Source: Candidatus Helarchaeota archaeon
GTDB lineage: Archaea; Asgardarchaeota; Lokiarchaeia; Helarchaeales; RDOG01
Reading direction: 5' to 3'
Assembly: GCA_019058315.1 (NCBI GenBank)
Contig: JAHPZH010000001.1
Span: 439,536 to 503,535, forward strand
Length of the DNA: 64,000 bases
The translations under genes and the position numbers were made by a program. The notes under the pieces are model-generated. The model had not been told where the DNA came from. It worked only from the letters and a program-made list of their open reading frames with translations, and did not search any database. Shown piece by piece: positions 11,883 to 21,769 of this stretch (the first letter of the stretch is position 1; each line of letters opens with the position of its first letter).

Positions 11883-13133
11883 TTGGGAATCTACAAATTA
11901 AAATGTTTATCTTGTAATCGAATTCTAGAAGATGATTATACTCTTAAATGTAATAGTTGTGATGCATTAATAAGGACAGAATATGAAAAAAAACAATTAG
12001 AATTAAGAAATGATCTCCCAGGTATATGGAAATATATAGATTGGCTTCCGGTAAGTGACTATTTCGAAACTGATTCTTCGATAAAAACATATAAGAGCGA
12101 AGCATTAGCAAAAGAACTTGGTTTATCCAATTTATATATTTCATGTGCTGGATACTTTCCTGAGATTGGCGTTAAAAACAAAGCTTGCTCATTTAAAGAA
12201 CTAGAGTCAGTTCCTACTTATCAACGGATGAAAGAAAAAAAGAAAAAAGGTGTTATTTTAGCCTCTGCTGGAAATACTGGCATTAGTTTTGCCTATATGT
12301 CTAAAATAACAAAAATTCCGGCTATAATTGTAATTCCTGAATCCGCCAAACTTTTAGTTCCTTATCCTGAAATAGATACTGTTGTATTAATAGCAGTTAA
12401 AGGTAATGATTATTTTAATGCTATTCATTTAGCATCAAGGATTAATAAAGAAGGATTTGTTCCTGAGGGTGGTGCAAGAAACATAGCTCGAAGGGATGGA
12501 ATGGCATTGGTTATGATAGATGCTGCGTTTACTTTAAAAACACTTCCAGACCATTATTTCCAAGCTGTTGGAAGCGGTACTGGAGCTGTCAGCGTCTGGG
12601 AAGCCACTCTACGTCTTCTTGATGATGGAAGGTTTGGAAAGAAAAAAATCAAACTACATGTATCACAAAACCATCCCTTCAATCCGATCCATAATGCTTG
12701 GGCCAGAAAAGCAAAAGAAATAGATATAGATAAAGATATGTTGAATGCTTTTGAAAATATAAGTAAGGTTAAAGCTACGATGTTGACTAATAGAAAGCCT
12801 CCTTATTCTATTGTAGGTGGAGTATATGATGCTTTAATTGATACCAATGGGGAAACTTATGCAGTTACCAATAAAGAGATAGATTCTGCTGCTAAACTAT
12901 TTTATGAATTAGAAGGTATTGATATTCCAGCCGAGCCTGCAGTTGCAGTAGGGTCTTTAATACAAGCAATTGAGCAAAAAAAGGTTAATCTTTCCGATAA
13001 AATTCTACTTAATTTAACCGCTGCTGGATTTGAGAGACTTAAAAAAGATCATGGTTTATACCCATTAAAACCAACATATGTAGCAAAAAATGAGCATATT
13101 CCAATTGAAGAACTACCTCTAAATGATTTATAG
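11883..13133 (+). CDS. Cysteate synthase (PLP-dependent, threonine synthase family)
   Basis: N-terminal CxxC pair, CSFKELE PLP lysine, ASAGNT, EGGARNIARRDG, YFQAVGSGTG; directly upstream of comDE. Confidence 0.88.
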   Translation: MGIYKLKCLSCNRILEDDYTLKCNSCDALIRTEYEKKQLELRNDLPGIWKYIDWLPVSDYFETDSSIKTYKSEALAKELGLSNLYISCAGYFPEIGVKNKACSFKELESVPTYQRMKEKKKKGVILASAGNTGISFAYMSKITKIPAIIVIPESAKLLVPYPEIDTVVLIAVKGNDYFNAIHLASRINKEGFVPEGGARNIARRDGMALVMIDAAFTLKTLPDHYFQAVGSGTGAVSVWEATLRLLDDGRFGKKKIKLHVSQNHPFNPIHNAWARKAKEIDIDKDMLNAFENISKVKATMLTNRKPPYSIVGGVYDALIDTNGETYAVTNKEIDSAAKLFYELEGIDIPAEPAVAVGSLIQAIEQKKVNLSDKILLNLTAAGFERLKKDHGLYPLKPTYVAKNEHIPIEELPLNDL

Positions 13134-13145
13134 GATTTTAAAAAT

Positions 13146-14279
13146 ATGGAACCAGAATTGGAAATTATTGAAATATTAAAGAAAAACCAAATAGATCTCG
13201 CTCTTTCTGTTCCTTGTGCAAAAATAAAAAATTTACTCATTTTAATATCCAAAGAATTTAAGCATATCCCACTAACCAGGGAAGAAGAGGGGGTTGGAAC
13301 TGCTGCTGGTGCTTATTTAGCTGGTCTAAAACCTGTATTATTAATTCAATCTGGAGGAATTGGTAATTCTATAAATGCACTTATGTCATTATCCAAAGCT
13401 TATAGTCTACCCTTACCTATTATAATATCTTGGAGAGGAATACATAAAGAAAAAATTGAAGCACAAAAACCTATGGGTCAACATCTAATTAGAATATTAG
13501 AAGGTTGTGAAATACCTTATCTAAAAGTGGAAACCCCTAAAGATATAGAGAAAATAGATCAAGCAATTAAAGATAGTTTTAAAATTGAAACTCCTTATGC
13601 AATATTATTATCTCCAAGAATTTGGGAATCTAGCAAATTAAAACCTCAGACCATTGAATATCCGAAAAGAACTTCTGCTCTCTCTCTCACTTATAATAAA
13701 ATCTTAAGACCACCGACTTTAACTCGATATGAGGCTATTCAAACTCTCGTGCCTTATCTAAAGGATAAAATTATAATTTCAAATATTGGAATCCCAAGCA
13801 AAGAATTATATCATCTTCTCGAACAACCCTCAAACTTTTATATGCTCGGAAGTCTTGGTATGGCATCATCAATTGGTCTCGGTGTAGCATTAGGAACCTC
13901 GAAAAAAGAAATAATTGTTCTTGATGGTGATGGAAGTCTGTTATATAATCCAAATGCTTTATGTATGATTGGAAATTTAAGTCCCAAAAATCTTACAATA
14001 ATAGCCTTGGATAATGGTACGCATGGTTCAACTGGTGATCAAATTACTGCTGCATATAATCAAGTAGATTTAGAATTACTAGCAAGAAGTTTTGGAATAA
14101 AAAATACTGCAAAAGTCTATATTAAAGATGAAATAACAATTATGATCGAAACATTACAACTAGGTCCTCGATTTATTCATGCCATCCTAAAACCAGGAAG
14201 AATGGATGTAAAAAATATTCCTTTATCACCTGAGACTATTAAAAAAAGATTTATGGACTATTTACGGATGCATGGTTAA
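13146..14279 (+). CDS. comDE: Fused sulfopyruvate decarboxylase alpha/beta (TPP)
   Basis: REEEGVG in the alpha part; NFYMLGSLG and GDGS...DNG TPP motif in the beta part. Confidence 0.9.
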   Translation: MEPELEIIEILKKNQIDLALSVPCAKIKNLLILISKEFKHIPLTREEEGVGTAAGAYLAGLKPVLLIQSGGIGNSINALMSLSKAYSLPLPIIISWRGIHKEKIEAQKPMGQHLIRILEGCEIPYLKVETPKDIEKIDQAIKDSFKIETPYAILLSPRIWESSKLKPQTIEYPKRTSALSLTYNKILRPPTLTRYEAIQTLVPYLKDKIIISNIGIPSKELYHLLEQPSNFYMLGSLGMASSIGLGVALGTSKKEIIVLDGDGSLLYNPNALCMIGNLSPKNLTIIALDNGTHGSTGDQITAAYNQVDLELLARSFGIKNTAKVYIKDEITIMIETLQLGPRFIHAILKPGRMDVKNIPLSPETIKKRFMDYLRMHG

Positions 14280-14282
14280 AAG

Positions 14283-14909
14283 ATGGAAAAAGAAAAAATT
14301 AAAAAAAATGATTTTATTAAAGAAATATTTAAAGACCCTCGAATTCCGGAAGAATTGGGCATAAATAGATGTATACAATGCGGAAATTGTTCAGCTTCAT
14401 GTCCTGCAGCTAGACATTCATCATATAGACCTAGAAAGATTATGCAAGAAATCCTTCTTGGAGCAAGGAATAATTTACTTGAAAATGAAGATATTTGGTT
14501 ATGTTATTCTTGTTTTTCATGTAATCTAAGATGCCCTAGAAATAATAATCCTGGCGTTATAATTCATGTTCTTAGACAATTAGCCTTAAAAGAAGGCCAT
14601 GGTTGGGAAAAAGTCGTTAAATTTAAATTTTATTTAGAAAGTCTACGAGATTCAGGTATAGGATGGTCTACCAAAGCTCAAACTATCGAATATTTTAAAG
14701 AATTAGAAAATGATTGGGTCGAAATCATAAAAAATATGCCTGAAGTTTTAAAAGAATTAAGTATGAATCCAAATAGTCCACGCGAATTGCCAAAAGAAGC
14801 AAGAGATCAAATAAAGAAAATTTTAGAATTAGCAAATATCAATGAGGATATTTCGGAATTTGAGGAGAAAGAAGAGAAAATTCAAAAACAGAAAAATGAA
14901 GAAAAATAG
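14283..14909 (+). CDS. hdrC: Heterodisulfide reductase subunit C
   Basis: CIQCGNCSASCP and CYSCFSCNLRCP 2x[4Fe-4S]. Confidence 0.92.
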   Translation: MEKEKIKKNDFIKEIFKDPRIPEELGINRCIQCGNCSASCPAARHSSYRPRKIMQEILLGARNNLLENEDIWLCYSCFSCNLRCPRNNNPGVIIHVLRQLALKEGHGWEKVVKFKFYLESLRDSGIGWSTKAQTIEYFKELENDWVEIIKNMPEVLKELSMNPNSPRELPKEARDQIKKILELANINEDISEFEEKEEKIQKQKNEEK

Positions 14910-14918
14910 GTATATAAA

Positions 14919-15857
14919 ATGGAAAAATTAATTCCCGATAAAGGTTACTATTTATTTAAAAGTTGTATGTTAGGATTAGAATATCCGGGGGCAGAAGAAT
15001 CTGTAAGATTCATTTATAAAAAATTAAATCTTGATTTTTTCGATGATCCCAGACAAAGTTGTTGTAGTGGTATGGGTATTAATCTCGATTTAGTATCTCC
15101 TTTAATAACAACTGTTTTAGCGGCGAGAAATTTTACATTGGCAAATCAATCAAATCATCCTTATATGACTACACTATGTTCTACTTGTTATGGAGTACTA
15201 AAAGAATCCTGTGAATGGATAGAAAAAGATATAAAATTAAAGAATAAGGTTGAGGAGATATTACAAAAAGCTAATTTGAATTTTAGAATGGAATATATGA
15301 AGCCTGAGAATGTATTTCACGCAATCGAAATATTTTATAAGTGGCGAGACAAAATTTCAGAACTTGTTAAATTAGATTTTAGTGGTATTAAAATTGCTAC
15401 ACATCATGGCTGTCATTTTTTCAAATTATTTCCTGATCAAGTAAAAGGAGATCCAGAAAATCTAACAATTATGGATGAATTGGTAAAATCTGTTGGTGCT
15501 GATTTAATAGTTTGGTATCCTGAAAAAAATTCATGTTGTGGTTCTGGCTTTCGCCACCGAATTATGAAAACCGAACTTGCTAATAATGCAGGTTTTGATA
15601 AATTAAAATCTGTAAAAAATGCAGGCGCAGAGATCTTGGTTAATATGTGTCCAATGTGCCACTTTCAATTTGATAGATATGAAAAAATCTATGAACAATT
15701 AAAAAATAAGGAATTGGGATTAATTCATTTGAATATTGCACAACTTATAGCTCTTGCATTAGGAGCAGATCCATATAAAATTGTTGGAATCCAAACACAT
15801 TCTATAAAGGTTGAACCTTTATTAAAAAAACTCGATATATTAATTAAGAATAAATGA
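14919..15857 (+). CDS. hdrB: Heterodisulfide reductase subunit B
   Basis: Two CCG domains (QSCCSG/CSTC; HGCH, SCCGSG/CPMC). Confidence 0.92.
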   Translation: MEKLIPDKGYYLFKSCMLGLEYPGAEESVRFIYKKLNLDFFDDPRQSCCSGMGINLDLVSPLITTVLAARNFTLANQSNHPYMTTLCSTCYGVLKESCEWIEKDIKLKNKVEEILQKANLNFRMEYMKPENVFHAIEIFYKWRDKISELVKLDFSGIKIATHHGCHFFKLFPDQVKGDPENLTIMDELVKSVGADLIVWYPEKNSCCGSGFRHRIMKTELANNAGFDKLKSVKNAGAEILVNMCPMCHFQFDRYEKIYEQLKNKELGLIHLNIAQLIALALGADPYKIVGIQTHSIKVEPLLKKLDILIKNK

Positions 15858-15873
15858 TTAGAAAGTTATTACC

Positions 15874-18222
15874 ATGTTTGAAATTTCCCCTCGTGTTGGT
15901 GTTTTCATTTGTAGATGTGGTCGAAACATAGCTGAAATTATTAATTTAGATGAGGTTATTCAGGAAATTAAGAAAGTTAAAGATGTAGTTTGTGTTGAGA
16001 CCAATACATTTATGTGTTCACTTCCTGGTCAAAGTCTTTTACAGAAAAAAATAATGGAATTAAGTTTAAATAGAATAGTGATTGCTGCTTGTAGTCTAAA
16101 AGTTCATAAAACTATGTTTGAAACCGTTCTAGAAAATGCACGTTTAAATCCTTATTTACTTGAAATCGCAAATATTCGTGAACAAGATTCGTGGGTGCAT
16201 CAAACAAACTCGAAAGAAGCAACTCAAAAAGCTATCTCCTTGATAAAAGGTGCTATTCATAAAGCAAGATATCTACAAAGTTTAGAAAATATACGGCAAC
16301 CAGTAAAGAAAAATGTGTTAGTCGTAGGTGGTGGGATTGCAGGGATATCTGCTTCAATATCATTAGCAAGAAGCGGGTATAATGTCTTTTTAGTAGAAAA
16401 AGATGTTACGATAGGTGGTAATATGGTAAAGTTAGTTAAGACTTACCCAGATGAAGAATGTGCGATGTGTACAATTTCTCCCTTGATGACAGAAATAGCT
16501 CAAAATCCCAATATAACACTCTATACAGGAGCTGAATTAAAAGAATGGACAGGTTCTGTGGGCAATTTTAATGTAATAATTCAACATAATCCAAGATATG
16601 TAGATATAAATAAGTGTCTTGCATGTGGAAATTGTGAAGTAGTTTGTCCAACAACAGTCACAGATGAATGGAATTGTAATTTAGGTACCAGAAAAGCTAT
16701 TTATAGAAGTTTCCCAGAAGCAGTTCCAAATGCATTTGCTATTGATGAAAAAAATTGTTTATTTTTAAAAAGTTCGAGAGAATCTAAAGTTTGTCAAAAA
16801 TGTGTTGATGTTTGTTCTGGTCATGCAATTAATTTTAATGAAAAACCAACGACGACAACTCTTGAAGTGGGATCCATTATTGTAACTACAGGACATAAAG
16901 ATTATGATCCCAGTTTAAAACCAAATTTAGGATATAACCGATACAAAGATGTAATAACTATAATGCAATGTGCTCGATTATTAGATATTAATGGACCTAC
17001 AAAGGGAATATTTAAACGCCCTTCAGATAATCAAATACCTAAAAGAGTAGTTTTTCTTCAATGTGTAGGTTCTCGAGATGAAAAACCATCTGGACATAAA
17101 TATTGTTCCAAAATTTGTTGTATGTCCGCTTTAAAGTATGCGAGTATGATTAAAAAAGGCTATAATACTGATGTTGTAATTAGTTATACCGATATAAGAG
17201 CCACAGGATTTAATGAAAATTATTATAGATATGTTCAGGATTTAGGAGTTCGATTTATAAGAGGTAAAGTTTCGGACGTATATAAAGAGAATGGAAGTTT
17301 GACAGTAAGATTAGAAGACACTTTATCTGGCAAAATGTTGGAATTAGAGACGGATTTGATTGTCTTATCCACAGCATTAGAACCTTCATTAGGCACCGTT
17401 GAAATTGCAAAAAATTTAGGTCTATTAACAACAGAAGACAGTTTTGTTAAAGAAGATCATTTGAAACTACGCCCAATAAATACTAGTATCCAAGGTATTT
17501 TTGCAGCAGGAACTGCTCTGGGACCTAAGGACATAGCAGAATCTGTTTCACAAGCAAGTGGTGCCGCTAGTAAAGTAGAGGAAATCCTAAGAAAAGGTAT
17601 TATTGAAATTCCTCCCGAAATAGCCTTTGTCCACCCTGAAAAATGTACTGGTTGTGGTAGATGTATCGAAATATGTCCCTATCAAGCAATTGAAAAAATA
17701 AATGAAATAATTTATATCAAACCTCTCGTTTGCACTGGTTGTGGTGCATGTGTTCCTGAATGCCCCGAGAACGCTTTAGATCTAACACATTTAACCGAAA
17801 GGCAACTTTTATCTCAAATTGATGGGATTCTATCTGATAATACCATGAAACCAATTATCCTTGCATTTTTAGAAAGTAGCATGGCTTATAGTGCAGCAGA
17901 TAATGCTGGAATAAAAAAAATCCAATATCCTCCTAATATAAGAATAATAGCAGTCCCTTCTACAGCCTATATTAAATTAGAACATATTCTTTATGCATTC
18001 GAAAAAGGAGCGGACGGCATCTTATTAGGCGAAGGTCCTGAAGAAGGACCTGTGGGTAAAGTTATCCCAATTATGGATGAAAGAATTAAAAAATATGCCA
18101 AAAAATTGGAGGAAAAAGGAATAGATCCATTCAAATTATGGTTTAACAAAATATATATAACAGAAGGGGAGAAGCTAGTTGATCTTTTTAAAACCTTTAC
18201 AGATTCATTGGATGAGGATTAA
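15874..18222 (+). CDS. hdrA: Heterodisulfide reductase subunit A with fused Cys-less MvhD-like domain
   Basis: CRCG, ANIREQDSWVH, GGGIAG FAD site, QCVGSRD/YCSKICC, ferredoxin domains, C-terminal GADG MvhD-like fold. Confidence 0.95.
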   Translation: MFEISPRVGVFICRCGRNIAEIINLDEVIQEIKKVKDVVCVETNTFMCSLPGQSLLQKKIMELSLNRIVIAACSLKVHKTMFETVLENARLNPYLLEIANIREQDSWVHQTNSKEATQKAISLIKGAIHKARYLQSLENIRQPVKKNVLVVGGGIAGISASISLARSGYNVFLVEKDVTIGGNMVKLVKTYPDEECAMCTISPLMTEIAQNPNITLYTGAELKEWTGSVGNFNVIIQHNPRYVDINKCLACGNCEVVCPTTVTDEWNCNLGTRKAIYRSFPEAVPNAFAIDEKNCLFLKSSRESKVCQKCVDVCSGHAINFNEKPTTTTLEVGSIIVTTGHKDYDPSLKPNLGYNRYKDVITIMQCARLLDINGPTKGIFKRPSDNQIPKRVVFLQCVGSRDEKPSGHKYCSKICCMSALKYASMIKKGYNTDVVISYTDIRATGFNENYYRYVQDLGVRFIRGKVSDVYKENGSLTVRLEDTLSGKMLELETDLIVLSTALEPSLGTVEIAKNLGLLTTEDSFVKEDHLKLRPINTSIQGIFAAGTALGPKDIAESVSQASGAASKVEEILRKGIIEIPPEIAFVHPEKCTGCGRCIEICPYQAIEKINEIIYIKPLVCTGCGACVPECPENALDLTHLTERQLLSQIDGILSDNTMKPIILAFLESSMAYSAADNAGIKKIQYPPNIRIIAVPSTAYIKLEHILYAFEKGADGILLGEGPEEGPVGKVIPIMDERIKKYAKKLEEKGIDPFKLWFNKIYITEGEKLVDLFKTFTDSLDED

Positions 18223-18311
18223 ATAATTTTTTAAACTAATTTTTAAACCATAAAAACTTAAGAAGATTGTATTCTAATTATTACCAAATTTTTATTAAAA
18301 TGTGATAAAAG

Positions 18312-19247
18312 ATGGTAAGACCTTTAAAATATCTCTTAATTAAAGAATACGAAGAAACTAAGCCTGAAGAGTTGCCAAACCTTCCACTTGAAGCTATTGA
18401 AGGAATTGTTGAAGAGGATATGATAGGATTTAAAGAAATGGATATTAATAACCTTACTGAGCTTTCCGAAGCAAAATTTTCAAAATTAAAGGGAAAAGAA
18501 CTTAGTGATTATAAGGTTAATAAGGGAATTTCTTATGCGATAGATATAATGATTCAATCAAACGAACCCGGTGTTCATGAAGAAATTATGCCCCTAGATG
18601 AGTTACTAATTAGAGAATACGAACCCACTCCACCGAAAGATTTAGCTGATTTACCTACAGTTGCTATTGAAGGCGTAGCTCCGAGAGGTGAGAAATTATT
18701 AAAAGAAATTGGTATAAAAACAGTCAAAGAATTTGCAGATTCAGATATAAAAAAGATAAAAACATCAAAGCTCTATGATTGGGAAGCAGAGAAATATTTA
18801 GAATATGCAAGATGGATAATAAATTATGCTGATGAGAAAATTAAGAAGCCAGATACGGAAAATATTGAATTTAAAACTAAAGGAGATAATTTGATCCTTA
18901 CATTCGATAAAACAAAAGAATTCGGTCCATCAGCCACGGGTAAAACGATTATTGTTGCCCATTCTCATGGAGGTCAACGAATTAAGGGGACTGATCTGAG
19001 TTTCGGAATGTATGCATATAAATATCCAACGAAAAAGGCAATAAAACAAAAAAAAGTTAAAGAAATGCAAAATATAGCTATAAAAGTTGCTGGTAATATT
19101 GTAACACTAACAGTTAACATGAAAGAAGATTATGGTTCTTCAGCCTCAGGCAAAAGTTCGATAGTCGCATCATCCAGAGGAAATAAGCTAATTGAAGATA
19201 CTGGGGTGTATGTAGGTTTAAATGTTTACAGGCAAGAAAAGAAATAA
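18312..19247 (+). CDS. Hypothetical protein with A-A-B-B internal duplication
   Basis: Two PLxxLLIxEYE...LPxxAIEG (HhH-like) units and two NI...G-x-S-x-x-GK[TS]xIVA...G..G..VY units. Confidence 0.7.
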   Translation: MVRPLKYLLIKEYEETKPEELPNLPLEAIEGIVEEDMIGFKEMDINNLTELSEAKFSKLKGKELSDYKVNKGISYAIDIMIQSNEPGVHEEIMPLDELLIREYEPTPPKDLADLPTVAIEGVAPRGEKLLKEIGIKTVKEFADSDIKKIKTSKLYDWEAEKYLEYARWIINYADEKIKKPDTENIEFKTKGDNLILTFDKTKEFGPSATGKTIIVAHSHGGQRIKGTDLSFGMYAYKYPTKKAIKQKKVKEMQNIAIKVAGNIVTLTVNMKEDYGSSASGKSSIVASSRGNKLIEDTGVYVGLNVYRQEKK

Positions 19248-19474
19248 ATAAAACAGGGAATAACTTTACTATATGAAATTTTTTTCTCTTTTTTTAGAGT
19301 TTTTTATTTTTAATAGAAAATTAAGTTGTTATAGTCATTTTTTAAATTCTTTAACAAGATTTACATTATAAAAAAAAAGAGATAACATTATTATATTTTT
19401 ATAATATTCAGATTTGGAATTAATCTCGTTGGTATAAAATCTTTAAAACCTGTTTAATAGAAGAGTAGTTAATA

Positions 19475-20743
19475 ATGAAGGAACGAAGTGTTGAAGAAAT
19501 TCAAGAAAAAATAAATGAGGGGAAAGCTAATATATTTACTGCACAAGAATTGTGCGATTTAATTAATAAAGGGGAGAAAATCGATTTTGAGGATATAGAT
19601 GTCATAACTACTGCAACGAAAGGTCTAATGAGTGGGACTACTGCAATTGTTTCATTCAGAGTCTCAGAACCTAAGAAATTCCAAAAAGCAAAGAAAATGA
19701 CTCTTAATGGAATTCCTGCTTATGTAGGTCCATGTCCTAATGAATATCTAGGGGTTGTAGATGCTATAATTTTTGGTACAGAGCATAGTTTAGAAAATCC
19801 CAACTATGGTGGGGGTCACCTATTTCGCGATCTTATTGAAAACAAAGAAATAGATGTTATAGTAGAGACAATTGAAAATATGGAAATAAAAAGTAAAGTA
19901 AAGCTTCAAGATATGGGCTATGCTAAAATGCTTGCAATAAGAAATGCATTTAAAAATTATTTAGCATTTGTGAACCCGACTCATAATCCAGTAAAAACTA
20001 TTTTTTCAGCTACTGATTTTAAAGGTCCTCTTTATGAGGCAACTTTTTGCGGTTGTGGGGCATTAAATCCCATTCAAAATGATCCTGAAATGGAAGTATT
20101 TGGAATAGGAACACCCATTTTAATGAATGGTGCCAAAGGATATATCATAGGGGAAGGTACTAGAAGTACTAAAGAAAAACCGAATTTAACAGCAATTGCC
20201 GATATAAAAAACATGAAACCCGAATATGCTGGAGGATTCATGACTTCTGCAGGTCCAGAAGTAATTAATACATGGGCAGTCCCCATACCTATTTTAAATG
20301 AGAAAATTTTAAATAATGTAAAGAAATTAGACAAAGATATTCATTTAACAATAGTGGATGTAGTTGGTAGAGGTCCTCTCGGAGAAACCACATATGGAGA
20401 AGTTTGGAAAAAGGGATATTCAATAGATTTTAAAGAAAATGGCTGTAAAAATTGTCCTAATTTAGAAACATGTAAAATTGATGAAATTTGCCCCACTAAT
20501 GCATTCGTTAAAGATAAAGGAATCGATAAATCTCTTTGTTTTAATTGTGGAACGTGTTTGATTCATTGTGTCCAAGACGCCTTCGAAGGAAATATGAGCA
20601 CAATTAAGCTTGGTAATAAAGAAATTCCAATAGTGTGCCGCCAATCTGATAGAATGGGTGCAATTAAATTAGCTGATGAACTAAAAAACCTTATTTTAAA
20701 AGATAAATTTCCGTTAGTCAAACCTACTGATAAAATTTATTAA
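19475..20743 (+). CDS. Methanogenesis marker 16 metalloprotein (DUF39 + ferredoxin), candidate CoM synthase ComF
   Basis: MSGT, GPCPNE, YGGGHLF, GCGALNPIQNDP, CRQSDR, internal ferredoxin Cys motifs, no CBS domains; near comDE. Confidence 0.82.
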   Translation: MKERSVEEIQEKINEGKANIFTAQELCDLINKGEKIDFEDIDVITTATKGLMSGTTAIVSFRVSEPKKFQKAKKMTLNGIPAYVGPCPNEYLGVVDAIIFGTEHSLENPNYGGGHLFRDLIENKEIDVIVETIENMEIKSKVKLQDMGYAKMLAIRNAFKNYLAFVNPTHNPVKTIFSATDFKGPLYEATFCGCGALNPIQNDPEMEVFGIGTPILMNGAKGYIIGEGTRSTKEKPNLTAIADIKNMKPEYAGGFMTSAGPEVINTWAVPIPILNEKILNNVKKLDKDIHLTIVDVVGRGPLGETTYGEVWKKGYSIDFKENGCKNCPNLETCKIDEICPTNAFVKDKGIDKSLCFNCGTCLIHCVQDAFEGNMSTIKLGNKEIPIVCRQSDRMGAIKLADELKNLILKDKFPLVKPTDKIY

Positions 20744-20833
20744 ATATGCTTAATTACTCCTAAATATAAACGTTAAGGACTTAAGTGAAGAAAATAGCTC
20801 TAATTATAATAAATTTTATGGAGAAATACAAAT

Positions 20834-21256
20834 TTGCTAACAAATGAAGAATTAAAAAAATATATAAAAAAAATTTCTGATTATATGAAAAATGCTGATG
20901 CCCAACAATCCCAAACTTGTGGTTATTTAAGAGATCTTTCGAATGTTTTTCATTCAATTTCATTTCTTAAACAAAATGGTAATTATGGCATGATGGATTC
21001 AGCAATTTTCCAATTTCAATCAACACTTTCACAAGTACCTCAAGACCTAAAATCTGAAGTTAGCCAAAAACTAAGGGAACTAACCTTAAATTTTTCTCGG
21101 CAATTAGATACAATCGTTGAAAACATTACAGACCTGGAAAATGGAAGCATTGATATTTTTAAAGCTATTGCTAACTTATTCCTATGTGTTGAAAACTTAT
21201 TTAGATTAAAAGATTCAATTGGATCCTATCCAAGACCTGCACCCTTTCCTATGTAA
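20834..21256 (+). CDS. Hypothetical helical protein, tandem paralog 1
   Basis: 140 aa, TTG start, ends RPAPFPM. Confidence 0.75.
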   Translation: MLTNEELKKYIKKISDYMKNADAQQSQTCGYLRDLSNVFHSISFLKQNGNYGMMDSAIFQFQSTLSQVPQDLKSEVSQKLRELTLNFSRQLDTIVENITDLENGSIDIFKAIANLFLCVENLFRLKDSIGSYPRPAPFPM

Positions 21257-21316
21257 TTCGTTATTATAATAAGAAGGATAGTTAGAATAATATAAGAAAC
21301 AAAGAGGATTTTTAAT

Positions 21317-21739
21317 TTGCTGACAAATGAAGAATTGAAAGAAAATATGCTAAAAATAGCAGATTATATGAAAAAACCTGATGCACAAAATTCCCAAATA
21401 AGTGTGTATTTAAAAAATCTCTCAAATACTTTTTATGCGTTATTAATTGTTAAAGATAACGGAAATTATGCTATGTTACAAGCTGTGATTATTCAATTTC
21501 AAATGACACTTCAACAAATGCCTCAAGATATAAAATCAGATATTAAACAAAAACTCAGAGAATTATTTCTAAATTTTTCTCGAGAATTAAGTATTATTGC
21601 TGAAAATTTAGCACAGTTAGATAGCGGAAATATGGAAATTTATAAAGCTACTTCTAATTTATATCTTTATGTTAATAAATTGTTTAAATTAAAAGAATTA
21701 ACTGTTTCCTATCAAAGACCTGCACCTTTTCCTATGTAA
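21317..21739 (+). CDS. Hypothetical helical protein, tandem paralog 2
   Basis: 140 aa, colinear with the previous ORF, ends RPAPFPM. Confidence 0.75.
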   Translation: MLTNEELKENMLKIADYMKKPDAQNSQISVYLKNLSNTFYALLIVKDNGNYAMLQAVIIQFQMTLQQMPQDIKSDIKQKLRELFLNFSRELSIIAENLAQLDSGNMEIYKATSNLYLYVNKLFKLKELTVSYQRPAPFPM

Positions 21740-21769
21740 TTCCTTTTTTCTAATTAGAGAGCGTTCAAA

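Noticed and set aside
11883-13133. Threonine synthase
   Set aside because: SFKELE and RNIARRDG motifs plus linkage to comDE favour cysteate synthase.
5160-14909. Pyrrolysine readthrough at TAG stops near the methyltransferase and Hdr genes
   Set aside because: The proteins are complete at those stops and no methylamine methyltransferase or pyl gene is present.
16440-16480. Selenocysteine in HdrA
   Set aside because: The motif is PDEECAMC with Cys codons; no in-frame TGA.
18900-19200. P-loop NTPase based on GPSATGKT/GSSASGKS
   Set aside because: Units are ~55 aa, beta-rich, with no following helix or Walker B.
19475-20743. Homocysteine-forming L-aspartate semialdehyde sulfurtransferase
   Set aside because: Fused ferredoxin, no CBS pair and proximity to comDE fit the marker-16 paralog better.
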